NCBI GenBank assembly: GCA_947259195.1
Contig: CAMYLC010000098.1
Coordinates: 497-64,496 of the forward strand
Direction: 5' to 3'
DNA length: 64,000 bases
Origin: Thermoanaerobaculia bacterium
GTDB lineage: Bacteria; Acidobacteriota; Thermoanaerobaculia; Multivoradales; JAHEKO01
Shown: one piece after another, positions 9,122 through 19,010 of the stretch
Numbering within the stretch: position 1 is the first letter of the stretch
How the letters are laid out: each line of letters starts with the position of its first letter
Notes under the pieces: generated by a model
Told to the model about the DNA's origin: nothing
Database searches by the model: none
What the model saw: the letters and a program-made list of their open reading frames with translations, nothing else
Position numbers and translations under genes: made by a program

Positions 9122-11376
9122 GCCACAGTGCAGCTGATTGCGCTACCTGCCCGGCCCATAGCCTGCCCAATCTGGTCAAGCTGGGCGTGGACATGGAGAA
9201 CTGGGACTACGTGGTGGCCCTGGCTGGCAATCCCAACACCGGCAAGAGCACGGTCTTCAACGCCCTGACCGGCTTGCGTCAGCACACGGGGAATTGGCCC
9301 GGCAAGACGGTGGCTCGTGCCGAAGGCGGCTTCTCGATCGGCGAGGCACGCTACAAGCTCGTGGATCTGCCCGGCACCTACTCCCTTCTCTCCACCAGCG
9401 TGGATGAAGAGATAGCCCGCGATTTCATCCTCTTCGGCAAGCCCGACGTCACCGTCGTTGTGGTCGACGCCACCCGGTTGGAGCGCAACTTGAACCTGGT
9501 ACTCCAGGTCCTGGAGATCACCGATCGCGCGGTCGTCTGCCTCAACTTGATGGACGAGGCGAAGCGCAAGGGGCTGGAGATCGACCACCGCCGCCTGGCA
9601 CGCGATCTAGGGGTGCCGGTAGTCCCCACGTCGGCCCGCTCCGGAGAGGGTCTAGACGAGTTGAATCGGGTCATCGCCGAGGTCGCCAGCGGCCAGCTGA
9701 AAAGCAAGCCACGAAGGGTAGGCAGCCAGTCTTCCTCCCTCAAACGCGCCGTCCGGCAACTGACCGTGGAAGTCGAGAAAGCTCATCCGGGGCTGCCCAA
9801 CGCCCAGTGGGTGGCCCTGCGTCTACTGGATGGCGACGCGAGAATCGCCGAGGCCTTCCGCAACGGAGAGTTGGGCGAGCTCCAAGAGCCGCATCTCCTC
9901 TCAGAGGGTGCGGCCGATGCCTCTTCGCTGGCCGCCTCGTTTCCAGATACCGAGCGACCCGATACTGAGGACATCTTTGCTCTCGCGGCGAGCCTGCGTT
10001 GGCAAGTGGGAAAGGATTTCCACCAGGAGTTGATGGAATTGATCTACACGGAGGCGGCGCGTCTGGCCGATCGCGCCGTCCACCGCACTGGTGAAAAACC
10101 CCGCTTCGACCTGGACCGGACGATCGACCGTCTGGTGACCAGTCGCCTGCTCGGATTTCCCCTCATGTTGGCGCTGCTGACGCTGGTCTTCTGGATCACC
10201 ATCGCTGGCGCCAACGTGCCCTCCAGGATGCTAGCGACACTGTTCCTGGACACGATTCATCCCGCCCTGAAGACTGCAGCGGCCGCCATCGGAATGCCAT
10301 GGTGGTTGGACGGGTTGCTCATCGACGGCATGTACCTGGCAACGGCCTGGGTGGTCAGCGTCATGCTGCCGCCGATGGCCATCTTCTTCCCGCTGTTCAC
10401 CCTGTTGGAGGACTTCGGCTATCTGCCACGCGTCGCCTTCAATCTGGACAGGACCTTCAAACGGGTCGGAGCCCACGGCAAGCAGGCGCTGACCATGGCC
10501 ATGGGCTGGGGCTGCAACGCTGCGGCCATCGTCTCGACTCGTATCATCGACAGTCCGCGAGAGCGGCTCATCGCCATCATCACCAATAACTTCGCTCTTT
10601 GTAATGGGCGCTGGCCGACCCAGATCTTGATTGCCTCGATCTTCATCGGCGGATTGGCGCCGGCTTACCTCGCCGGTCTCATCTCGGCTCTGGCAGTGGT
10701 GGCCGTAGCGGTTCTGGGAGTGGTCTTCACCTTTGCCACTTCCTGGCTGCTGTCCCGTACCGTGCTGCGCGGCGAGGTTTCTACCTTCAATCTGGAGCTT
10801 CCTCCTTACCGACCACCGCGCTTCTGGACCACCGTCTACACCTCGATCATCGATCGAACGCTGGTCGTTCTCTGGCGTGCAGTGATCTTCGCGTTGCCGG
10901 CCGGAGCAGTCATATGGCTACTCTCCAACATCCAGATCTCAGGAGTCAGCCTGGCACAATACATCATCGGTGCGATCGAGCCCTTCGGATTGCTCGTGGG
11001 CTTGAGCGGCATCATTCTCTTGGCCTACATCATCGCCATTCCAGCCAACGAGATCGTAATCCCCACCATCCTCATGCTCACCGTGCTGGTGACCGGCATG
11101 GAGGGCGTCGGTGGCGGCACCGGAGTCATGTTCGAGCTGGACAGCCTGGAGGCCACGAGCCAACTATTGCAGGCAGGGGGCTTCACCCTGCTCATGGCCG
11201 TGAACCTGATGCTCTTCAGCCTGGTCCACAACCCCTGCTCCACCACGATCTACACCATCTACCGGGAAACCCGTAGTGCCAAGTGGACCACGATCTCGGC
11301 ACTGCTGCCTCTCGGCATGGGTTTCGTCCTCTGCTTCGTGGTGACCCAGATCTGGCGCATCGTCGCGGGCTCCTGA
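9118..11376 (+). CDS. feoB: ferrous iron transporter FeoB
   Basis: G-domain [20 protein letters not shown] and DLPGTYSL, followed by the polytopic membrane domain. ATGA start/stop overlap with the upstream regulator. An alternative start is ATG 9193. Confidence 0.95.
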   Translation: MSHSAADCATCPAHSLPNLVKLGVDMENWDYVVALAGNPNTGKSTVFNALTGLRQHTGNWPGKTVARAEGGFSIGEARYKLVDLPGTYSLLSTSVDEEIARDFILFGKPDVTVVVVDATRLERNLNLVLQVLEITDRAVVCLNLMDEAKRKGLEIDHRRLARDLGVPVVPTSARSGEGLDELNRVIAEVASGQLKSKPRRVGSQSSSLKRAVRQLTVEVEKAHPGLPNAQWVALRLLDGDARIAEAFRNGELGELQEPHLLSEGAADASSLAASFPDTERPDTEDIFALAASLRWQVGKDFHQELMELIYTEAARLADRAVHRTGEKPRFDLDRTIDRLVTSRLLGFPLMLALLTLVFWITIAGANVPSRMLATLFLDTIHPALKTAAAAIGMPWWLDGLLIDGMYLATAWVVSVMLPPMAIFFPLFTLLEDFGYLPRVAFNLDRTFKRVGAHGKQALTMAMGWGCNAAAIVSTRIIDSPRERLIAIITNNFALCNGRWPTQILIASIFIGGLAPAYLAGLISALAVVAVAVLGVVFTFATSWLLSRTVLRGEVSTFNLELPPYRPPRFWTTVYTSIIDRTLVVLWRAVIFALPAGAVIWLLSNIQISGVSLAQYIIGAIEPFGLLVGLSGIILLAYIIAIPANEIVIPTILMLTVLVTGMEGVGGGTGVMFELDSLEATSQLLQAGGFTLLMAVNLMLFSLVHNPCSTTIYTIYRETRSAKWTTISALLPLGMGFVLCFVVTQIWRIVAGS

Positions 11377-11492
11377 CTCCCCACCCTGACAGTCGAGATA
11401 GACCCTGAGACTCCACACAGGAGCCGGGAGATTGCGTGTTATTCTGAATTCTCCTCGCACTGCCGAATCCCAGCCCAGTCTCACCCATCGCC

Positions 11493-13355
11493 TTGACCAG
11501 CGAGACCTCAGCCACCAGCACCGCTACCGAGTTGTCGCTTCGGCTGGCGACCCTACTGGGACTGGGATTGACCCTTGCTCTTGCCGCGGTCTGGGGTACG
11601 AGACCGTTGATTCACGACGACCTCTTCTTCCATCTTTCGACCGGCGACTTCGTCGTCGAGCACCACAGGGTTCCAACCACCGACCCCTTCTCCTTTACCC
11701 GTGCGGGTGAGCGCTGGGTTAGTCACGAATGGGGTTTCGGCCTGTTGGCCTACGGTGCCCATGCACAGGGCGACTACCGCGGCCTGGTAGCGCTCAAGGC
11801 CCTCCTGGCCGTGAGTATCGCGGCCCTATTGTTCCTGCTCATGCTGCGCATGGCCGGCAGAGACCGGTGGAAGTTCGCCGTCTACCTGGTACCGCTGTTG
11901 GCCCTCGGGCTATGGGCCATCGACGAACAGTTGATTCTTCGTCCCTCGCTCGTCAGCTGTCTGCTCCTGCTGCTCCTGCTTCATCTACTGCTGTCGTTCG
12001 ACCAGACCGGACACTGGTGGACCTTCGCCAGCCTCGTCGGCCTGTTCTTCCTCTGGGGAAACCTGCATAGCGAGGTTCTCTTCGGGCTATTTGTGCTGGG
12101 CCTCGTCACCCTGGAAGCGGTGCTGGGGAGAGTCTCTTTTCTCGAGGGCTCCCCTTGGCGCTCATTGCTTCGGGCCTCGACAGAGATGCCCTATCTGCGG
12201 CTTCTCGTGCTCTCGCTTGCGGCCACCCTGGTCAACCCGAACGGCATCCAGGTCCTGCTCTACCCGTTCCGCGTGGTGCGCTTTCTGTCTCTGGGAGGAA
12301 TGGACCTCCAATTGGGCCATTTCACCGGTGCGACCCCCCAGATGCAGCCCGCCTTTTTTCTACTACTGGTCCTGCTCCTGCTGGCACTGCTACCCCTGCG
12401 AGAGCAACTGCACAGGATCTCCCTGACCCAGGTCGTCACGGTCGGAGTCTTTCTGTTGCTCTCCCTGAGCTCTCACCGGTTCATCTTCTACTTCGTTCTG
12501 CTGGCTCTGCCGACCATGGCAATGCTCTTCCAACCGGCCATGCAGATGCTGGACGACTCGAGACACTGCCGACTCCTGCGGAACCTTCTGCGAGCCATGG
12601 TCCTGTTGATCGTCGGAGGTGCCGTTGCCGCAGGATGGCGAAGCAAACCCGCAGGGCCGATCTCGAGACACTTCCCCGAGGGTGCGGTCCGCTTTCTCCA
12701 GGAGGAAGGAGTCGACGGCAGGATCTTCAACCATCAAAACTACGGCGGCTATCTCCACTGGAGGTTGAAACAGCCCATCTTCTGGGATGGGCGAGCCCTG
12801 TTGTTCGAGCCCCTGATGCGCCGCTTGCCCGGTACGCCACTGCAAGAGGCGACGACAGAATGGGAGCTCGATCACCTTGTCATCACCGAGCATGAGTTCA
12901 AGGACCTGGCCGCACAACTGACGACCGATCGCTGGGGGCTGATCTACTGGGACGACTTCGCAGCCGTCTATCTGCGCCGCCTGCCCCGCTTCGAGGCTCT
13001 CCTCGAGAGTCGTGAGCTAACGCTTCTGCCGGCCTTCGGAGGTGTGACGGGACTCAACATCCTGGCCGGTAGCTCAGAGCGCGCCGCTGCGGCACGACGC
13101 GAGCTGGATCAGATCCTCGAGTTCCAGCCACTCTCGCAGAGAGCGCTCTACCTCAAAGGACTTATCAGCTACTATCGTCAGGAATACAGCCAGGCTGAAA
13201 CGGAGTTGCTGGCAGCAGCTACCATCGGGCCGAACTCCTATGTTTTGAATGCCTTGGCCGATGTCATGAAAGACACCGGCCGAACGGAGGAAGCCACGCG
13301 ACTGCAGCGTCGGGCCATCGATATTGGTGCGAGCCCCACATCGGACGAGGAGTGA
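11493..13355 (+). CDS. polytopic membrane protein with C-terminal TPR repeats (GT-C-like glycosyltransferase candidate)
   Basis: TTG start, about 10 hydrophobic helices, and a C-terminal TPR-like region (ALYLKGLISYYRQEYSQAETELLAAATIGPNSYVLNALADVM). Function not recognised. Confidence 0.55.
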   Translation: MTSETSATSTATELSLRLATLLGLGLTLALAAVWGTRPLIHDDLFFHLSTGDFVVEHHRVPTTDPFSFTRAGERWVSHEWGFGLLAYGAHAQGDYRGLVALKALLAVSIAALLFLLMLRMAGRDRWKFAVYLVPLLALGLWAIDEQLILRPSLVSCLLLLLLLHLLLSFDQTGHWWTFASLVGLFFLWGNLHSEVLFGLFVLGLVTLEAVLGRVSFLEGSPWRSLLRASTEMPYLRLLVLSLAATLVNPNGIQVLLYPFRVVRFLSLGGMDLQLGHFTGATPQMQPAFFLLLVLLLLALLPLREQLHRISLTQVVTVGVFLLLSLSSHRFIFYFVLLALPTMAMLFQPAMQMLDDSRHCRLLRNLLRAMVLLIVGGAVAAGWRSKPAGPISRHFPEGAVRFLQEEGVDGRIFNHQNYGGYLHWRLKQPIFWDGRALLFEPLMRRLPGTPLQEATTEWELDHLVITEHEFKDLAAQLTTDRWGLIYWDDFAAVYLRRLPRFEALLESRELTLLPAFGGVTGLNILAGSSERAAAARRELDQILEFQPLSQRALYLKGLISYYRQEYSQAETELLAAATIGPNSYVLNALADVMKDTGRTEEATRLQRRAIDIGASPTSDEE

Positions 13356-13358
13356 GCC

Positions 13359-13856
13359 ATGATGCGAATCTTCTTTCTAGCGACCTTCGCAGCGAACGTC
13401 GTGCTGACCCTGGTTTCGTGGGTGATCCTGCCGGAAAACGTTGCTATTCACTTCCAGGGCGACGGCAAGCCTGATGGGTGGGCGCCCATCTGGTTTCACG
13501 TGCTCATCTTCCTGGGCATCCAGTTCGTCCTGTTCGTGACGATCTTCTTCGGTTCCAGGCTCTCGGTGGGGCTACCTGCGCGCTGGGTGAATCTGCCCAA
13601 TAAGGACTACTGGCTGCGAGAGGAGAACCAGGCGAGGACCCAGAAGATCCTCTCTTCCCTGCTGCTCGAGTTCGGCACCGCCATGTTCTTGTTTCTCTTC
13701 TTCGTCGGCATCCTGACGACGCAGGCCAATCTCTCGGACCCGGTCAGACTCAACAACGCTTTCTTCTGGCCCTCATTCATCCTCTTCATGGCCTTCACGC
13801 TCTACTGGTGCATCAAGGTCTTCCTGGCCTTTCGAATACCGAAAGATGAACCCTGA
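13359..13856 (+). CDS. DUF1648-type membrane protein
   Basis: LPENVAIHFQGDGKPDGWAP motif after the first TM helix, then three more TM helices. Lies 3 nt after the upstream stop. Confidence 0.65.
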   Translation: MMRIFFLATFAANVVLTLVSWVILPENVAIHFQGDGKPDGWAPIWFHVLIFLGIQFVLFVTIFFGSRLSVGLPARWVNLPNKDYWLREENQARTQKILSSLLLEFGTAMFLFLFFVGILTTQANLSDPVRLNNAFFWPSFILFMAFTLYWCIKVFLAFRIPKDEP

Positions 13857-13899
13857 GAACCTGGTACCGAGGACTGACGACCAGACCCTCGGGTGAGGT

Positions 13900-14739
13900 T
13901 CAAGAAACGAGCTGCAGGGTCATGCGGCGCACGACCTGTGCGAGGGCGAATCTTCGGTACTCGGCGGTCGAGCGCACGTCGTCGATGGGCCTGACGGCAT
14001 GAGCTGCCAGGTGACCGGCCAGGTCGGCAACATCGGCCTTTGCGGCCCGTCCCACCATCGCCTCTTCGACCTCCGTGAGCCGCAAGGGAATCTCGGCCAC
14101 GCTGCCTGCAGCCAGCCGATACTCGGTGATCAGGTCGTCACTGACGCTGGCCAAAAGGGCCACCACAACCTTGCTGATGGCCTGTGCTTCCCGAGTCCCG
14201 ACCTTGCGGAAGAACTGCGTCGCGCCTTGCGGTGGTCTGGGTAGCTGTACCCAACCGATGATCTCGCCGGGGCCGAGCGCTGTTTGTCGATAGCCGACAT
14301 GAAAGTCCCGGTAGGGCACTGTGCGCTTCCCCTCGGGACCCACCAGGACGATCTGTGCGTCCAGCACCAGAAGCACGGGTAGGGAATCTCCGGCTGGGCT
14401 GGCGTTGGCCATGTTGCCACCGAGGCTGGCGCGGTTCTGGATCTGCCAACCGCCGATTTTCGAGGCCGCTTCTGCCAACGCTGGGAAGCTCTGCCGCACA
14501 TCTGGGGAGTCGCGGATCTCGGAGAAGGCCGTGACAGCGCCGATCTCCAGGGTCTCACCGCGCCATCGAAAACCACGCAACTCCGAGACGCGCTGTAGGT
14601 CGAGGACCCCTGGCAGGTCGAGACGGTCTTCCGGCTCACTTACCATCAGATCGGTGCAGCCCGCCAGTGGTCGCAGATCCGGATGCTCCCCCAGACGCAG
14701 CAGGGTCTCCTCTAGTGATCTCGGAGCAAAGGCCTTCAC
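13900..14739 (-). CDS. Mo-hydroxylase FAD-binding (medium) subunit, CoxM/XdhB/YgfM type
   Basis: GTG start (14737-14739) in a GTGA overlap with the 2Fe-2S gene stop. LAGCTDLMV, IQNRASLGGNMANASPAGD and the C-terminal STAEYRR motif are typical of FAD_binding_5/CO_deh_flav_C. The upstream part of the 387-aa ORF is junk. Confidence 0.85.
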   Translation of the reverse strand: MKAFAPRSLEETLLRLGEHPDLRPLAGCTDLMVSEPEDRLDLPGVLDLQRVSELRGFRWRGETLEIGAVTAFSEIRDSPDVRQSFPALAEAASKIGGWQIQNRASLGGNMANASPAGDSLPVLLVLDAQIVLVGPEGKRTVPYRDFHVGYRQTALGPGEIIGWVQLPRPPQGATQFFRKVGTREAQAISKVVVALLASVSDDLITEYRLAAGSVAEIPLRLTEVEEAMVGRAAKADVADLAGHLAAHAVRPIDDVRSTAEYRRFALAQVVRRMTLQLVS

Positions 14740-15191
14740 TTGTCCCCCGCTCCGCGGTCGAAGGCTCTGTGGATGCCTTCGTAGCCGGTGCACCGACAGA
14801 GATTCCCAGCCAGGGCCACCTGCACCTCTCGGCGGGTGGGACGGGGGTTGTCGCGCAGCAGCGCCAAGGCCGTGACGATGATGCCAGGGGTGCAAGCACC
14901 GCATTGCACTCCACCGTCGTTGACGAAGCCTGCGAGAAAGGCTCGGGCCTCGGCGGCTGCGAGACCTTCCACCGTCTCGATCGTCGCCGCCTCGCATTGG
15001 ATCAGGGGAACCAGGCAGGAGAGCACTGGCTCGCCATTCATGAGCACTGTGCAAGCACCGCACTCACCCTCGCCACAGCCCTCCTTGGTGCCGATGAGAT
15101 CGAGCTCGTCTCGGAGGACGTCCAGGAGGCGAGCCATGGGATGGCCCTCGACGGCCACAGCCTTGCCGTTGATGACGATCTCGCTCTTCAT
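14736..15191 (-). CDS. Mo-hydroxylase [2Fe-2S] small subunit (CoxS/XdhC type)
   Basis: CGEGECGACTV and QCGACTPG...CRCTGY cluster motifs. ATGA overlap with the large-subunit stop. Confidence 0.95.
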   Translation of the reverse strand: MKSEIVINGKAVAVEGHPMARLLDVLRDELDLIGTKEGCGEGECGACTVLMNGEPVLSCLVPLIQCEAATIETVEGLAAAEARAFLAGFVNDGGVQCGACTPGIIVTALALLRDNPRPTRREVQVALAGNLCRCTGYEGIHRAFDRGAGDK

Positions 15192-17491
15192 CTCTTCGCT
15201 CCCCTATCGCCCTGCGGGTCTTTCGGCTCCGAGGGCACCCACCGACGCGCCGAGGACAGGGCCAGCAAGCGCTCAGGGGTGGCCGGTATCGCATCGACCT
15301 CGATGCCGGTCGCGTTCTCCACCGCCGAGACAGCGGCCGGGGCGCCACCGTCCATCGGCAGCTCACCCACGCCCTTGGCGCCAAAAGCGCCCCCTTTCCA
15401 AGGCCTCTCCAGCAGATGCACCTCCATCTCGGGACTGTCCCGGATCGTCGGAATGATGTACGTGGCGAGCCGGTCGTTGAGGTATCGCCCCGCCTCGAGC
15501 TTGACCTCTTCCATCAGCCCCCATGCCACCGCCTGCAAGGTCCCGCCCTCGACCTGGCCGATACATAGCTTCTCGTGCAGCACTCGGCCTACCTCGCAGA
15601 CCGCGGTGACCTTTGTCGGGCTCACCTCGAGGGTGTCGGGGTCGACCTCGACTTCCACCACATCGGCCCCGAAAGCGTAGGTTGGATAGGCCACGCCCTG
15701 GTAGGTCTCCTCATCGAAGACCTGCCACTCCGGAGGCTCGTGCTGGCGCGAGATCACAAGGGGCTCCATCGCCTCGAAGTAGCGACTGGAAACCTCTCGA
15801 AACGGCCGACCCTTGCCGTTCTCACCTCGCACGAGGCCCCCTTCTACGGTGTAACCCGATCCATCCTTCTGGTGGTCAGACCACCAGGCCAGGACTCTGT
15901 CCCGAATCTCCCGCACCACGTAGGCGACCTCGCTGCCCACCACCATCGAAGTGCGGGAAGCGACGCTGGGCCCGGAATCGGGAACCCGAGAGGTGTCCGG
16001 AGCGGCCAGCACCACATCCGCGGGCAGCAAGCCGCTAGCTTCGGCGGCCATGAGGGGAAAGACCGTGTCACACCCCTGCCCCATCTCCACCGCTGCTGTG
16101 CGCACCTCGACCCGTCCATCCTCGAGCAGGGCGCCTTCGATAACCGACTGCAGGACCCGTTCACCGTTACCGGTGAATCCGGCCCCATGGAAATAGAGGC
16201 TCAGCCCAATACCATGCGCCGAGTCTCCGTCACCTCTGGCGATGCGCTGCGTTTCCAAACGCTGCCAACGCTCTTTGAAGTCGGTCTCCTGCACCGCCTT
16301 CTCGAGACAGAGGCGAGCCGAACAGCTCTCGTCCATCTGCTGACCGGTTGGCAGCCTGTCGCCTTCTTCCAACACGTTTCGCAGTCGGATCTCCAATGGG
16401 TCGAAGCCTAGGCGCCGACCAATCCGGTCCATCTGTCGTTCCATGGCGAACTGTACCTGTGGCGCTCCAAAGCCGCGAAACGCGCCGTTGGGCGGCGTAT
16501 TCGTGCGCAGTACTCTGCCCCGGATGTGAACGTTGGGGCAACGGTAGGGGCCGGCGGCATGGAGCACCGCCCGCGACAGGACCACGGGTGAGAGTGTCCT
16601 GTAGGCCCCTCCGTCCAGCACCACGTCGATCTCCATCGCCTGAAGACGTCCCTCGGCATCGACTCCAACTCGATGGGTCACCATCGAAGGGTGCCGCTTG
16701 GTGGTCCCGACAATATCCTCGTGGCGGTCGTAGGCGATGCGCACCGGATGGCCACAGGCCCTCGCGAGGAGCGCTGCGTGCAGGGCGATCACGCTCGGGA
16801 AGTCTTCCTTGCCGCCGAAGCCACCGCCCACCGGTGTCGCCCTCACGACGACTTTGTCGGATTCCAGCGGCAAGGCGTGGACCAGCGATCGATGCACGAA
16901 GTAGGGGCACTGCATGGAGCCCTCGACGACCAGAGTGCCGTCGGCCTCCCACCCGGCGCTCATGACCTGGCACTCGATGTAGATGTGCTCCTGGTGTCCC
17001 GTGCGGTAGGTACCCTCCACCAGCAGGTGCGCTCTTTCGAGCTCCTGCTCGGCCTCGCCGCTCTTCAGCTCCAGGCTGTAGAGGGGTTCCTGCCTTCCCG
17101 CTGTCGAGAGATCCAGGGTGGGCTCGAGAGGCTCGTAGTCCACCTCGATAGCCTTTAGGGCCTGGCGAGCAGCAAGCCTCGTCGAGGCAGCCACGACCGC
17201 TACCGGCTCTCCCACGTGGTGCACGAAATTCGCTGCCAGCAACGGCCACTCGTCGTCGAGGAGCTGTACTCCATTCGGTCCCGGCAAATCGCCTGCGGTC
17301 ACACAGACAGCTCCAGCCGGCGCTCGTTCGGGATGCCATAGCAGTCGCCGAATGCGCGCATGGGGATACGGGCTGCGCAGCGTCGCACCGTGCCAGATCC
17401 CTTGCGCTGGCAGGTCGTTGGCATAGCGCAGGGTCCCGTCCACCTTCGCGGCGCCGTCGGGGCGTGGCGGGCTCGAGCCGAGAAGGGTCAC
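15188..17491 (-). CDS. Mo-hydroxylase molybdopterin-binding large subunit (xanthine dehydrogenase/aldehyde oxidase family)
   Basis: 767 aa with GGGFGGKEDF and RGFGAPQ motifs and an a/b-hammerhead N-terminus. The GTG start sits in a GTGA overlap with the hydantoinase stop. Confidence 0.95.
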   Translation of the reverse strand: MTLLGSSPPRPDGAAKVDGTLRYANDLPAQGIWHGATLRSPYPHARIRRLLWHPERAPAGAVCVTAGDLPGPNGVQLLDDEWPLLAANFVHHVGEPVAVVAASTRLAARQALKAIEVDYEPLEPTLDLSTAGRQEPLYSLELKSGEAEQELERAHLLVEGTYRTGHQEHIYIECQVMSAGWEADGTLVVEGSMQCPYFVHRSLVHALPLESDKVVVRATPVGGGFGGKEDFPSVIALHAALLARACGHPVRIAYDRHEDIVGTTKRHPSMVTHRVGVDAEGRLQAMEIDVVLDGGAYRTLSPVVLSRAVLHAAGPYRCPNVHIRGRVLRTNTPPNGAFRGFGAPQVQFAMERQMDRIGRRLGFDPLEIRLRNVLEEGDRLPTGQQMDESCSARLCLEKAVQETDFKERWQRLETQRIARGDGDSAHGIGLSLYFHGAGFTGNGERVLQSVIEGALLEDGRVEVRTAAVEMGQGCDTVFPLMAAEASGLLPADVVLAAPDTSRVPDSGPSVASRTSMVVGSEVAYVVREIRDRVLAWWSDHQKDGSGYTVEGGLVRGENGKGRPFREVSSRYFEAMEPLVISRQHEPPEWQVFDEETYQGVAYPTYAFGADVVEVEVDPDTLEVSPTKVTAVCEVGRVLHEKLCIGQVEGGTLQAVAWGLMEEVKLEAGRYLNDRLATYIIPTIRDSPEMEVHLLERPWKGGAFGAKGVGELPMDGGAPAAVSAVENATGIEVDAIPATPERLLALSSARRWVPSEPKDPQGDRGAKR

Positions 17492-18921
17492 GCCGACAGG
17501 CTCCTTGCCAGATAGCGGCCCGCACCTCGCTCCACCCGCAGGTCTCCATCCTTGTATTGAACGCGCCCCGCTGCGACCACGGTCGACGGCAAACCGGTCA
17601 CAGAGAACCCTTCGAAGATACTGCGGTCACAGTTGTGGTGATGGGTCGAGGCGGAGATGGTGCCAGTGGCCTCGGGGTCCCAGAGCACCAGGTCAGCGTC
17701 GGCACCGATTGAGATCGAGCCCTTCCGTGGATACAGGCCGAAGAGTTGAGCGGGGCGCGTGGAGACCAGATCGACGAATTGCTGAAGCTCGATTCGGCCC
17801 TTTTTCACGCCATAGGAGTAGAGGAGTGCCAGGCGGTGCTCGACACCGGCGGCCCCTCCCGGGATCCGTCGAAAATCGTTGCGGCCCAATTCCTTCTGCC
17901 CCTCCAGATTGAATGGGCAATGGTCTGTAGCGACGACTTGCAGAACTCCGGTCCGCAGAGCCTCCCAGAGAGCCTCCTGGTGCTCGGCGGGCCGAATCGG
18001 TGGGGCGATTACAAAGGAGGCCGCCTCGAAATCGGGCTTCTCGTAGACCGACTCGTCCAACAGCAGGTACTGCGGACAGGTTTCTCCGTAGATCTCCCAC
18101 CCCGAGTCCTGGGCCTTCGCCAGGGCCTCGGCGGCCTGTCGGCAGGTGACGTGGACGATGTAGACGGACGCTCCGGCGAGCTCTGCCAGGATGGTCATTC
18201 GGGAGGTAGCTTCGCCTTCCAACTCGGGCGGGCGCGAGCGGGGATGGGCTTCTGGTCCCAAGCTCCCGGCCGCTGCCAGGCGGCTACGCAGATGCTCGAC
18301 CATGTCCCCATGCTCGGCGTGCACCAAGACGCGGGCGTCCAGGTTGTGCGCCGCCTCCAAGGCGTGGATCAGCTGCGCATCTTCAAGGCCCACCGTCTCC
18401 TTGTAGGCCATATAGAGCTTGAAGGAGGGGATCCCTTCCTGGTGGACGCAGTCGGCCATCCACCGCGCGGTCTCCTCCCCCCACCAGGTAACAGCCATGT
18501 GGAGACCATAGTCGGCAACCGCCTTGCTGGCCTCCTCTCGACGAGCCGCCAGGGCCGCCAGAAAGCTCTCACCACGCTCCGGGTGAACGAAATCGACGAT
18601 GGTGGTGGTGCCGCCTGCCAGCGCCGCTGCGGTGCCGCTTTCGAAGTCATCCGAGGAGACCGTTCCTGCCACCGGCAGCTGCATGTGAACGTGGGGATCG
18701 ACGCCACCGGGAAAGACCAAGTGCCCCGAGGCATCCAACACCTCGTCTTCGGAGCCCGCATCGAGAGCCTCGGCCAGTTCCACGATTCGGCCACCGCGGC
18801 AGCGAATATCCCCACGCCACCGCTTTTCGGCCGTTACGATGTCACCGTTACGGAGGAGAATGCCCACAATCAAGTCTTCCAGAGTCGCATGCTTCCCCCA
18901 GAGTAACGCGAATTCTGGCAT
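17488..18921 (-). CDS. dihydropyrimidinase / D-hydantoinase (HyuA-like cyclic amidohydrolase)
   Basis: GGVDPHVHMQLP (HxH), IPSFKLYMAYK (carboxylated-Lys region) and VATDHCPF. Start taken at ATG 18919-18921 (MPEF...). The GTG at 19005 would leave only 5 nt to the divergent gene. Confidence 0.9.
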   Translation of the reverse strand: MPEFALLWGKHATLEDLIVGILLRNGDIVTAEKRWRGDIRCRGGRIVELAEALDAGSEDEVLDASGHLVFPGGVDPHVHMQLPVAGTVSSDDFESGTAAALAGGTTTIVDFVHPERGESFLAALAARREEASKAVADYGLHMAVTWWGEETARWMADCVHQEGIPSFKLYMAYKETVGLEDAQLIHALEAAHNLDARVLVHAEHGDMVEHLRSRLAAAGSLGPEAHPRSRPPELEGEATSRMTILAELAGASVYIVHVTCRQAAEALAKAQDSGWEIYGETCPQYLLLDESVYEKPDFEAASFVIAPPIRPAEHQEALWEALRTGVLQVVATDHCPFNLEGQKELGRNDFRRIPGGAAGVEHRLALLYSYGVKKGRIELQQFVDLVSTRPAQLFGLYPRKGSISIGADADLVLWDPEATGTISASTHHHNCDRSIFEGFSVTGLPSTVVAAGRVQYKDGDLRVERGAGRYLARSLSA

Positions 18922-19010
18922 TCCATGGCGGGATTCTCTTCGCAGGATCGAGGGAAGATGGTCTTCGGGTCTGCGTTTCGACCCCTGAATCAAGTATCCT
19001 GTCACGCTAT

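Noticed and set aside
18916-18930. Sigma54-like TGGCAT-N5-GGCG element in the hydantoinase/xdhD-like divergent region. This looked attractive because the E. coli yge cluster has a sigma54 activator.
   Set aside because: The GG-to-GC spacing is one nt short of the strict -24/-12 geometry. The TTGC core is absent, and the sequence is simply the start codon region (ATGCCAGAATTC = MPEF) of the hydantoinase gene.
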